Source: Podarcis liolepis (taxonomy: Eukaryota). Taken from it: a stretch of DNA of 64,000 nucleotides. Below are positions 50,035-61,920 of the stretch, in pieces (positions within the stretch are counted from its first letter, which is position 1; every line of letters begins with the position of its first letter). Location of the stretch: assembly GCA_965112155.1 (NCBI GenBank), contig OZ218110.1. One strand, written 5' to 3'. The notes below the pieces were generated by a model. The model saw only the letters and a list, made by a program, of their open reading frames with translations. It was not told the origin of the DNA and made no database searches. The position numbers and the translations under genes are program-made.

Positions 50035-52160
50035 CTTGCTGCCTAACGAAGGACTATGTGCATTGGGCTGCTCCAAATATCTTGAGTGTGCCTCACATCT
50101 ACCTATTATGGTGAGAACTGAAGCTAGTTTTTTTACTTAGGTTGTGCACAAAGAGATTGGAATCCCAGCAGCAGCTGATCTGGCTGGTGCAAAGCATAAT
50201 AGACTGCGGGTGGTCATGGGCTATAGAATCATAGAGTTGTAGAGTTGGAAGGGATCCCAGGAGTCATCTATTCCACCCCCTTCCAATTCAGGTTATGTTT
50301 ATCTATAGGCAGAGTGGCCGTAGCTCAGAAGCAGAGCTCATGTTGCATGTAGAAATTCTAAATCTCAGCCCCTAGCATTTCCCACTTAAAAATGGATCTC
50401 AAGAGGCAGGACTGGGAGCACCCACTCCCTGATTTAAAAAAGTAGACAGTACTGAGACAGCTGAACTCATCTGGTATGAAACGGTTTCAAGTAGTCACTG
50501 TACTTGCATGCTTGCACCCGTCTCTCTTTAATATCTGCTCCAGTGGTGTGTTACATCCATACAGTCATCCATACAGGGATCTGTGCATTCTGACTCGGGT
50601 GAATGGAGTGGTAAATCCGATGCCAAAAGAAAAATATCACCTTCTGCCAGTTGGCTCCTTATGCGTACGCCATTTCGACGGTTAGAAGAAGGAAGGCTCA
50701 GAAATAGCTGTGCCAGCCTTCTGTTACCAATTTTGGGCACAGATAATGAATCAAGAGCATGAATGGAAACTGGATAAACCGCTTCTGAATTTGATCCTGC
50801 CTACGTACAGGCTGTACTTGAACAACACACAGTCGCATATCTCTTATAAGTGAATCCATCAAATCATTATCAAACTGTATCCTCTTTTTGCCCCTGTTGC
50901 AGTGACCTAGCTGGTCTTCCAAAGAAATACATCAAGGGTTTTCCAAGGCTCTGTAATATTATGAAGAGGTCACCTGGGAGGTACCAAAAGGTTAATTTCA
51001 ACACTTTGATTGAATACCAAATTCCATACAGGGCAGTTTGACTAATTAGTCTTATCCACAGAACTGCAAAAAAGAAAAAGGTAGAAGCAAGGATGTCTCT
51101 GTTTAGGTCAAGACCATCTAGTGGTGCGTAAGTTATACCTTGAGGATAAAGCACAGGGTTAATAGGCAGGTATGGTCTTTTCACCCTATACAGAGATTTT
51201 TCTTATGAATATAATGCAATAGTCATTAGGTGGCTATTCTCCAAATATTTCTCAACATCGTTTCCTTTGCTTAAGAGCAGGGTTGCATTGCTGGGGGAGA
51301 AGATGAATAGTGTACCCCTGTGCTGTTTCCCCCATTTAAATCTGTCCCTAAAGCTGCTATTTCCATAAAGGAGGAAGGGGAAAGGCAAGGTGTATTGAGG
51401 CGTATCCCAAAAAATAATCATCAGAATATGTGAGCTGTGAAGATAGGACACACATAGAAGCCAAGGAACAGAACCTCTGGCCAGCCTCCTGCTTGAGACC
51501 AAGTGTTCCATCCATACAGGGATCTGTGCGAAAGAGCCATTGCCCAGTGGTGCAAAGGGGAGGGTTGTGGGAAGAATCTTAGGTCCTGTCAATCAGTGGG
51601 TCCAGGGAACCGCCAGCAGGCAATAAGGCAACAATGTTGGGCAGAAGGTGAAAGTCAGGTGTGTAGGATGGCAGGAAGGGCATCAAGACCTTGGACAGAA
51701 TACAGTGAAGGCAAGAGCCAGGAAACAGATTATTTACGCCAGTGCTCCAAAATGGGTCACGAGCTTTCTGAGGCCAACATGTGCATAGGGTGCAGGGAAG
51801 GCTCTCCCAATTTGTTTAAGTATACACCAATATCTGGAATTACATAGCTTCTGCTAAGAGATGAAAAATTACGATGAACCAAACCAAAATTGTCGTATGA
51901 CAACTTTGTGTGATGAAATTGCATGCAACAGTTTCTAAATATTTCTGTTTTTGGTGCCCCCCCCCCCAGAGCCAGGAGCTATCCTACACCACATATATTG
52001 TGTGGCTACCACTGTTCTGAAGGCACACTGGGTGGTCTTGGTCCCCCCTCTTTAGAGATCAGCACAGCTGGGTTGCATTCTGGTTTTGAGGAGTGTGCTC
52101 CAAATATATTCACTACTGTCCCTTTGGGGCCAGTGTGGTGAGGTCTGAAAAGATGCTATA

Positions 52161-52514
52161 CAGTGGTGCCTCGCAAGACGAAATTAATTCGTTCCGTGAG
52201 TTTTTTCGTCTAGCGAATTTTTCGTCTTGCGAAGCACAGTGTCGGGAAAGTTTTGGAAAAGCTTCAAAAATCACCAAAGTCTTCAAAAACCTCAAAAAAG
52301 GCTACCACACCGCGTTCTATGAGTTGCTCCTCGAAGTCAAGTCGCAACTGTATTAACGGTGTTAAGAAAAAGGAAACAAACTTGCAAGACATTTTCGTCT
52401 TGCGAAGCAAGCCCATAGGGAAATTCGTCTTGCGAAGCAGCTCAAAAACCGCAAAACCCTTTCGTCTAGTGAGTTTTTCGTCTTGCGAGGCATTCGTCTT
52501 GCGGGCCACCACTG
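52161..52514. mobile_element. Tc1/mariner (Tigger-like) MITE
   Basis: TIR CAGTGGTGCCTCGCAAGACGAA/TTCGTCTTGCGGGCCACCACTG, TA TSD. Confidence 0.9.
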
Positions 52515-53959
52515 TAAATATGTAGGGATATCAGCAGGGAGACATTCTGGGGAGGGGGGGCTGATGGAGAAAGCATGGCTCCTGGAGGGTTAATTCTCAT
52601 CTGTGGATATCTTGGCAGAAGGAAGCTCTGCAGACACTTTTTTTTCTGTGCTGGTCCAGGGAGATGGTCTTAGGGTTCTTGGTACCTTAGTACTACTCCA
52701 ATGCACGGACTCCTGAGTCCAGGTCATTTTGAGTTATGCATGGCTCAGTCTCTGTAGGGTCCAGGGTGAACATTAAGTGGCCCAGGCCCACCCAAGTCAG
52801 CATCAAATCATGTTCAATATGCAATCTTGTTGATGCAGCTTAAGGAAATAATATCAAGTTGCTGAACTCTGTACTTCAAATCCTGTTTTCTAAACTCAAC
52901 AGCATCACACACAAACACACAATTTGAATTAGTGGGATTTATATCGTGTATCTTTGCAAACAATCTAGGTGTTAGAACACTTCCCCAAATTAATTTCATC
53001 TCAGAGGTCTTCACCTCCCTCTCCTTGCTGCCATCAGGCACAGGGTTTTAGAGAACTATTCTTCCGATTCCTTATCTCTAGTATTATGTTTCTTATGAGG
53101 ATAAGAAAAATCATGGTAGCAAAACAAAACAAAACAAATGCGGTGGTCCAAATAGAGATAATTATAGAGAGTTTTGAATCTCTCCACTTTCAAAGCAGGT
53201 GAATGGCTCCATGTGGGATGAGGTTCAGAGATGCAATGTTCTTGGCGATGGATTTTATAATTTTATTTAATTTTAATTTTTTTGCTGCTTTGGAGAACTG
53301 CCTGTTCTAGGGCACACCAGAGGAGAGGCTGCTGTTTTCAGCATGGTCTTAAGTAATTTGAAGGAGCTAATTCCAGAAGCATTCAGAAATGACTCACTTA
53401 ATAACAGAGACCACGGGCTAATTAGGTTCAGCATTCCAGAGGGAGGGAAGGAACCACAAAATGACATTTATTAAACAGTAGGACCCGGGTGCTTTCTGCA
53501 AATGTGACAAGCTGCATGCTGCCACCCAACCCCTTCCGATGTCAAACCAAACAAGGGGGAAAACATGCGAGGCACAGAAGTTGCGTGGGAAAGCCAATGG
53601 AATTCATAGAATCCTGGAAGAGACCAAAGGCCATGTAGGCCACATTAAACTACCCTCCTCCCTGCTCCAGGTTGCGCCAGCCAGGCTGTGCTGTTCCGCA
53701 AGCAGAGAGCAACTGCCCTTCAGAAATGGTGCTGGCAGCAGAGCAAATTGCTCCCGAGATGATTCAAGCAAGGGAGTCAAACCACACACCAGTCAAGTGG
53801 CAAACAAACCAAGATTGCCAGTCAATGGGTGGAACTTTTCTTCCTAACCCCCAATATGGCAGTCATCCTCAGCAAGAACAAAACGAAACCTCATCCGCTG
53901 AGGGTTGCTTCAAATCCTTCAAACCTTTCTCTGCAGGAGACACTTTCATATAGGAATTA

Positions 53960-54368
53960 CAGACCTTCCAAGCGTGCGTATTTTCCAGGGACAGTCCCGG
54001 GCTTACAGAAGCCAGCCCTGTTTCTGATTTGATCCCGGAATATCCCGCTTTTCCTTAGAACATCCCTACTTTCATCAGAGAAATAGGTAGGGCTAGCATA
54101 CGTCTGGACAGAAATTGCTGAAATGTCCGGGGAAATCTGGCAACTTTTCTGTCTGGATTTTCAGTCTTTGAAATACGGCAACCCTAGTATGTGACCCCTG
54201 AGCCAAGGAGATAAGTAACTGTACAACCTTTAGAAGACATCTGAAGGCAGCCCTGTACAGAGCAGTTTTTAATGTTTAATGTTTTGGTATTTTTTATATA
54301 TGATGGAAGCTGCCCAGAGTATGGAATGGGATGTCCCTATTTTCACTGGAGAAATGTTGGAGGGTATG
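53960..54368. mobile_element. composite MITE carrying an L2 3' tail (copy A), with a nested TAGGG...CCCTA MITE at about 54088-54186
   Basis: ends CAGACCTTCCAA/TTGGAGGGTATG; colinear with 61833-62788. Confidence 0.7.
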
Positions 54369-54551
54369 TGGTGATGGTTGTTTCAAATTCTTCTCATTAG
54401 ATAAGTTCTGCATCCATGCAATTGTCTCAGCTACACTTCTTTGGCAGTACAATTCTAGCCTACTGGGCCTCTGGATGGGCTTGTAAAAATAAATAAATTA
54501 TGATGTCATTGTGATTATTTTGCTAATTCCTCTTTGCTTTCTTCCCTGTAG

Positions 54552-54671
54552 GTCCCCAGTGCTATGCCTTGGTGGATCTGATAGGGACATGTTGGCCTCG
54601 CAGTGCAGCAGGGCAGATGGTGGCCCGCCCCTGTCCCGAGTATTTCTTCGGAGTGCGATACAACACTTCAA
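54552..54671 (+). CDS. CRHR1: CRHR1 coding exon 3 ([41 protein letters not shown])
   Basis: pyrimidine tract and TAG acceptor, donor CAA|GTAAGC, 120 nt, phase 1-1; class B ectodomain motif VDLIGTCWP...RPCP. Confidence 0.97.
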
Positions 54672-54818
54672 GTAAGCCGGAAGAGGGTGGGGCTGCAGGC
54701 GGGCACCTCAAGATAGACAGATCAGCCTGTTTTCATTCGTGGGCTGGAGATTCAACATGTTGCCTTCAGTTCCTTTAAGCAAAAGTTTGCAAAAAATACT
54801 CAGTGGGTTCACAATTTC

Positions 54819-55011
54819 TAGACACAGATCCAAGAGGTTTTTCCATTTGTCCTACCACTTTCCCCGGGAAAATCTGTGGTTTACTGTTGAATCAGAACAA
54901 ATGTTAATCAGGTTTACTGCAGATTGATGTTTGTTCCGATTCAGCAGTAACAGAGGGTTTTCCCGGGGAAAGAAGGCGGGACAAAAGAAAAACCTCATGG
55001 ACCTGCGCCTA
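54819..55011. repeat. foldback element with ~90-bp arms; half copy at about 48975-49060
   Basis: CTTTCCCCGGGAAAA/TTTTCCCGGGGAAAG and TGAATCAGAACAAA/TTTGTTCCGATTCA arms. Confidence 0.75.
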
Positions 55012-55396
55012 CAAATGATGTGACAAAGGGGTGTGTGGATGAGGCCAATGTTGTCTCTTAACAGAGATGAAGAAAGGGAAGAACCCCAGTGATGATAGTG
55101 TCAGAAGCTCAAATTTTACAGTTAAATGGGGTGATGGTTATGAATCAGAACGACATGTTATCCTTCCAGGATAAGATGCTAATGTCTCTGATGCCCATGG
55201 TCTTGGGAGATTTTATCTACCAGTGCTAAAAAGGATATTTTGTCATCTTGGCTACTCCTCCTGGAGTATTATTTATTTATTTATTTTAGTGAGGAGCCTT
55301 TTTGTGAGGTTGACCAAGTCGAGATTTGTAGAGTTTTGTCCTGGGGGCAATTTTCAAGGCTAGGAAAGTGCCTGCATTTGTTCCACATTACAGTAC

Positions 55397-55610
55397 ATTT
55401 ATCTAAGTAGATAAATAGGTACCGCTCTGGCGGGAAGGTAAACGGCGTTTCCGTGCGCTGCTCTGGTTCGCCAGAAGCGCCTTAGTGTCATGCTGGCCAC
55501 ATGACCCGGAAGCTGTACGCTGGCTCCCTTGGCCAATAAAGCGAAATGAGCGCCGCAACCCCAGAGTCGGTCACGACTAGACCTAATGGTCTGGGGTCCC
55601 CTTTACCTTT
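55397..55610 (+). mobile_element. Sauria SINE, 5'-truncated
   Basis: TSD TTACAGTAC (55388-55396, 55610-55618); CCTTTACCTTT tail. Confidence 0.9.
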
Positions 55611-58600
55611 TACAGTACTGACATAAATGCTACGTACACATTAGTGGCTTAAAACACAGAGAAAATGCAGGGATGTCTTCACCCAACGTGCATTACATGA
55701 TTCGTTTTCCTACGCTTGCAAACACACAAATCCTATTCAATAAAGCTGTTATCGGCACATGCACAACGGTTGCCTCAAATTGTACACACCTCAGCATAAC
55801 TGCAAAATGAATGCGGCAGATGTTTTCGAATCGGATAGAATCTAGCTTGAGGGAAAGCACATCAAACAGCAGTATTTCTCAAGGAACTACACGATAGATG
55901 TGGGTTGTGACTAACATCATGTGCATGCCCCTTCAAATACTAGCAGTGAGAGTGCACGGGAGCCAGAGTAAACCAGAATATGTACACAACCAAAGTCCTC
56001 CCTTTTGTTAGCGCCAAACACATAGCCTTGCAGCCGTTTCTAAAAGGAAAGAACCAGACCTTGTGGGGAGTGGGAATGGCCAGGAACAGAGAAATGGCCA
56101 TAACTGCACAGGGCGCCACTGAAATTGAGGTGCCAAGGTCCACACCTACTCGCCCCACTGCTCCTGCTGCTCACCGTGGCAGCAGGGTTCAAAATGCATG
56201 TTTGAATTGGGGATACCCCTGGTGTGTGTGTGGGGGGGGTGTCTCGGGCAGGGAAACAGCAAGTACAGAAAGCAGCTCCCTTCTTCCACTCCTCCTGCCC
56301 CGTACCTCTGTGTTCTAAATTTCCACCTTAAAAAATAAAAAAGAGGTCACTGCACTAGTATTAACATGTAACGTGCAAATTGAATCACGGGGATCTTCTA
56401 TACTGCCTCCTCAGTGCTTGGATTATGCTGACCTCTTTGCAGACCTTTCTGCTTGATTTCCAGCTTGTCAGGAAGAGCCATGGTCCTGTTGCAACGCTGA
56501 ACATCATACTGGGGAAGAAAGCAGGCCATCTTCCTGCTGTCTTTGGATGGTGTCCTATTTTTCCAGTTCAGTTCTTTTGCACTTTGTTGTTTTAAGCACT
56601 GCTAGGAATTGGGGGGGGGGGCAGGGAGCAGGAATAAAAACTGGGAGGGACAAGGGGCCTTGGCAAGCCTCAAGGGTCTGAGGCTGCCATGTTGTCCACT
56701 GCCACCATCTTGGCCACCAGCATCACATACCCTCCAACATGTTGCGTCCCAAAACTGTCTGTGCTCTTCCTGTCTGTGCTCCCTTTATGAGTCACGTGAC
56801 CCGTGTGAGATCGCAGCCCCCCCCCAAGCGCTTTTTCGGTGCGAGATCTCAACACAAAATCATGCGATATCACGGCACCCAAAATGGCCGCCATGCTCTT
56901 GGGGGGGGGGGAGAAATGGGATGTCCCTATTTTTCCAGGGCACTTTCCAGGGATCAGGGGTTCAAGTTGGTTTGGGCCTAGTGGCAGGAATACTGCCTGC
57001 CACACAATACCTTTGAGTCCAACACTGTAGGAGCTAAATGGCAGAGACGGCAGAATGCCTCACCATCCTGCTTATTTGAAGTCTAGCCACATTTCACTTG
57101 GCTTGCTCTGCCGAAGCAGCTATGGCTTATCACCCTTCCAATCTGACCTGACAGCTTTGATTTGAAATGAGTGGGAATAGCCTCATAGTTTCTGAGGGGA
57201 TGAACGGCCAGCAATGAAGCTGTCATGTGAGCAAAAACGATCCTGTCACACAGTTTCAACAAAGGTTTAGCTTTCCCCTTTCCCTCCTTTCTCCTGTCAA
57301 GAGGGAAAAGCAGTGTGTGCGTCCGTCTGTCCCCCCCCCCCCCATCTCATTCTCCAGGGGCTAAAGCTTATTAAGACCTTGACTTGCCACGGCCATTCCC
57401 ATCTTTGCTAAGGTTATCTGCAAGACTCCTGAGGAAAATAAAATGGGCCAAGAAGCTCTGAGGAATTCACCAAAGCTGGGAGAAAAGCTCAACCCCAGGA
57501 GCGCAGGCCCAGCACAGATACAAGAATCACCTCAGAAATCTGTCTCAGGTTGTCTCTCTAAGATTCCCTGTCTAAGATTGTGAGCTTAGACAAGGGCTGA
57601 AAGCTGACACATGCGAGTGTCCTGGCAAGATCAAATGCAGAAGAAACTTCCTGTCCTTCTTGCACCGCAATATAAAGGTGTGCAGTTTTTTCACCCTTCC
57701 TCCTCACCTTGCCCTCACTTGGGACACTTTGAGTACTTAGGTCGTGTAAAATGCAGTAATTTCTAATGTGGCTATTGTAGTAAAGTGTTTTTTTTCCGGG
57801 AGGAAGGCCATCAATAGAGTTCCTTGCCACCCCTTTGCAGCCAGCACAATTTCATCCCAAAGTATGAACGTAAGGTCAAGGGTGAAGCCAGCAGGCGCAA
57901 ATTCAATTTTCTCCATCTTATCCATGGTTATGTCACAGGGCAATTGTGTAAGAACTTTGCCCAATTTGAAAACACCCTCTGATTATGTGTAATCCAATTC
58001 CGCTGCTGCTCAGACCACCTTTGTCCTAAAGAATACTAGACTGGGCCAAATTACATGTTCTGTATCAACTGTGTTTTTCAAATTGCGTTCTGAAGGGAGC
58101 GGGAGGCGCTTTCAGCAGACAATGACTGCAGAAGCATCAAAGACTGACTTGGCTGCGAAAACTCATCAAACATCAGAGGCTGGGCTTTCACATTATCTCA
58201 AGAACAATACTTTTCACTGAGTGCACTGCAGCTGAGTGGCTCGAGTTATGAGACACTCAGAGATACATGTGTGTGTAAGCCATGAGTCTTCAGCCTGAAT
58301 TTGTAACATCTTGTTTTATTGTTTGGGGGGTGGGGCATGATTAAGAAGGAGCTTAATTTGCAAATGGGTCAGTGAGATAATCACAAACGTGTCATTGTCA
58401 GCAATTTTATTTCCTTATTGGGTTTTCCAAGGAATGGGTAGATCAGGATTATAGGGCGTAGGGATAAGGGCTGGAATTTTGAGGCCAACATTGTTGTGTG
58501 GACAGTACCAATTTTTTAAAAAAATCATAGACTTGTAGAGTCATCTAGCCCATCCACTTGCAATGCAGGAAGCGCAGCTAAAGAAATAGAATCAAACCTG

Positions 58601-58963
58601 CATGCATGTGAAGCACTGACCGCGCCATAAACACCCACCTGGAAACATTTAAATACCACAGTTTGACACAGGTAGAGTGTGTCATTCGAAAGCTTAACTT
58701 CTGTAACAGGGTAGGGAATCTGTGGCTCTCCAGATGTTGTTGGACCCCAACTCTACAAGTAGCCAGCAAGGCCAATGGCCAGGGATGGTGGAAGTTGTAA
58801 TCTGATAACATCTGGAAGGCCAAAGGTTCCCCTCCCTTGTTCTATAGACTAACAAGATAATCCTCAGCAATGAGGAACCTATAACCCTAAACTACATCTC
58901 CCAGCATCCTTCACCATTGGCATCACTGGTTGGGGCTGATGAGAGATGGAGTCCAGCGACTCT

Positions 58964-59092
58964 GTAGAGCAGAAGACACTTAATCTCAGGGTTGTGGGTC
59001 CAAGCCCTACGTTGGGCAAAAGATTGCTGAATTACAGGAAGTTGGACCAGATGACCTTCATGGTCCTTTCCAACTCTACGATTCTATGATTC
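58964..59092 (+). mobile_element. diverged tRNA-Lys/CR1-tail SINE
   Basis: same structure as 10675-10822. Confidence 0.7.
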
Positions 59093-59657
59093 TGTGACGA
59101 TGTTCCCCACCACCTGCTACGCATGTTTATTCAGAGGCAAATCTCACATTGTTCAGTAGGGCTTCCTTAGTGTTTACAGAACTTCAGGCTGGTTCAAATA
59201 AGAAAGCCAGGGATTGTTTTGCTTGTTCTGTCACCATATCTTGTTCTAGCCCTCTTATTGGATAGAGAGAGGCAACTGAGGCCTCAGGCAACTGATTCCG
59301 AGTGTCATGAAATGGCAGCAAATTATTAGTTGTTTGATTTATTATCATTGTACTTTGATAGTCAGGGACGAGGAGAGATTCCTGTAGGACTGTATGCCTC
59401 AGGTACGAAAATAACTTGGCTAACCTTGAGTACTTAAGGTTAGACATGCTGATGATTAAGCAGTATACAAATGCCTTGAATATTATAATAATGCCTAATT
59501 AAGGGGGTTGGGCAGAGGTGCCATTTGCTGTTGACCTCAGGCAGCCAAATGTCCTGGAGGGCTGGCCACCTCTGCTACTTCAATGAGTCTCTCACATAGC
59601 TTGTGTCACACTCCCAGGACCTCTCTCAATCTCTTTGTCTGCATTTTTCTTTTCCAG

Positions 59658-59743
59658 ACAATGTGTACAGAGAATGCTTTGCAAACGGGAGCTGGGCAAT
59701 CCGTGTGAATTACTCCCAGTGTCAGGAGATCCTCACCGAGGAG
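59658..59743 (+). CDS. CRHR1: CRHR1 coding exon 4 ([29 protein letters not shown])
   Basis: TTTTCTTTTCCAG acceptor, donor GAG|GTATGA, 86 nt, phase 1-0; YREC.ANGSW..RVNYS.CQEIL motif. Confidence 0.97.
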
Positions 59744-60183
59744 GTATGAACTGCCATACATTTCAAGTAGGGCTATATTTCATTATAAAGTGGCCATACC
59801 GTGCCTCACTACCGTCTGAGTAATACAGTCCCTGGGATTTTCTATATAAAGGGCCAGATTAACTTTCACAACTTCCCTCAAAGAAATTGCCCTACTCAAA
59901 TGTTAGTCCTACTCGGACTCATTGAAATCAAGGAGCATGGCTAACTTGGGTCCATTAATTTCAGTGGCTCTACTCCGAGTAGGGTTACCATTTGATGCAA
60001 TCCTCTGAGAGTATATCTTTACCTGTGTTCTTATCTTGTGAAGTGCCCTGAGCTCTTAGAATGAAGGGCAGCATATAAACGGAATAAATAAATAAAAATC
60101 ACCCTGGCTTTTGAAAGTTAAGGTATTTTGCTTCCTGGGATCCACCCCCTTTTGTTGTTGTTGTTGTTGTTTAATCTCCACAC

Positions 60184-60319
60184 CGGTGTTTCCCAAACTT
60201 GGGTCTCCAGCTACTTTCGGACTACAGTTCCCATCATCCCTGACCACTGGTCTTGCTAGCTAAGGATGATGGGCACTGTAGTCCAAAAACAGCTGGAAAC
60301 CCAAGTTTGGGAAACACTG
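60184..60319. mobile_element. palindromic hAT-type MITE (same core as 20813)
   Basis: TIR CGGTGTTTCCCAAACTTGGG/CCCAAGTTTGGGAAACACTG; 6/8 TSD CTCCACAC/CTCTAGAC; older relatives at about 9743, 12418, 13565, 23680, 58708, 63305 and 63785. Confidence 0.82.
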
Positions 60320-61920
60320 CTCTAGACTGCTCCATTTTTGTTCGGGACTGTTTTATTTGTCTTTATAATTGTATGACTATATTGTTGTAACCTGCCCTGG
60401 GACCTCATGATGAAGAACAAGTAAGAGATCTTATAAACAGAATAAAGTTGAAGCAGAGATTGCACCTGCTGGATTTGTTTTAGCTCTAGAGCTGAATGAC
60501 CCAAAAGTTGGGATACTGATTCTGGTTTTATTGATGCCTTTTAATCTCCATGGATATATCAAGTGATTATGCAAAGGAGACTTTCCCAATGAACTAAGTT
60601 CTACAGATCAGATCTGTCATCTCCTCTCTCTGCTGCTCTTAATAGTACCCAGAATGTACCACCTTGCCACACCTCATAGTGGGGTCATCTCGGGCTTGTG
60701 GTCACCTTCTAAACCTTCTGCTTTGGGTCCCTACTCTCAAGCCTGGCCCATGGATTCTGCCATGGGGCAGAGTGTCACTGCAGCTGCGTAGCAACAGCCA
60801 GTGGCTGGTGCATATATTTCCTGACTATGCAGCTTGTGTGCGCGCATGTGTGTTTAGTGGAGGGGCACGAGAAGGAGGTGTGCAAGGAGTTTTCATGGTG
60901 TAGCCATTATCTGGAAAATCCCAGAAGGCTGTCACTTAATTAGAATTTAGAAAAGGTTCCTGGAAACATGATATATCCGCAGCGGCAATTACATTTGACT
61001 GTCCCTGGGGGCTTGGGTTGAAGTCGCAGGAGAGGGTGGCTGGATAATTAAATTAGCCAACTGTCTTGCTGTGAAGCTTGCATCCATTCTGTGAATTAGC
61101 AATTAATGTGGGGGGTGGAGAGAGAAATAGCTGTGCCCCCCCCCCCCTTTGTGAGAGGACAATAGCATCTTAAACATCAGAAGGCTGCAAGTTGTTTTTC
61201 TCCACATGGTACACTGTTCCACATCTCTGAAGATCCCTCCTTCTACAACAGCAAGGCACAGCCCAGGGACCACATGTGGCCCTTGAGGCCTGTTTTGGTG
61301 GCCCTCAGCAACATTTGACACCCCTGCCCAGTAGTGCTGAGCTTTGGTAAGTGAGTGCTGGGCTTTGGGAAACAGGCATGAGGCTGTGACAGGGTCATAG
61401 GGTCCTCCTTCCTCCTTCCCAAATCCTAGTTAGCACTTTCCAAGCTTTGGGAAGTAGATAAGATGGTCTAGGACCCTGACAGAGTCTTGCAGCTCCATCC
61501 CAAATCATGGTAACCTCACTTAGCCAGCTTTCGAAAGGTGGCATAAAGGCTGGAGGAGGGCACCCAGTTTTGACCTTGCTTCCTCTTCCCCTGGTGCAAC
61601 AAGGCACTGTGTGGCCTGCAGGTTCCATGTCAAAGTACTCTTGCAGCCCATTTGGCAGGAAAAGGCTGCCCTGTTCTACAAGCACTTTCATGTGACAAGA
61701 CATAATGCTGTTAAAGGCTGAATGAATGAATGAATTTGACAGACCAGCCCTGCTGACCAGTCGGCTCCTGGGCTGCTTCCCTTTCCTATATCGCTCCTAT
61801 CAAGTCCAAATGTGACTCTTAGAAAAACATTGCTGACCCTACAAGTGTCCCTATTTTCCAGGGACGTCCCTGATTTAGAGAAGCCATCCCAGTTTCTGAT
61901 TTGATGTTCCACTTTTCCTT

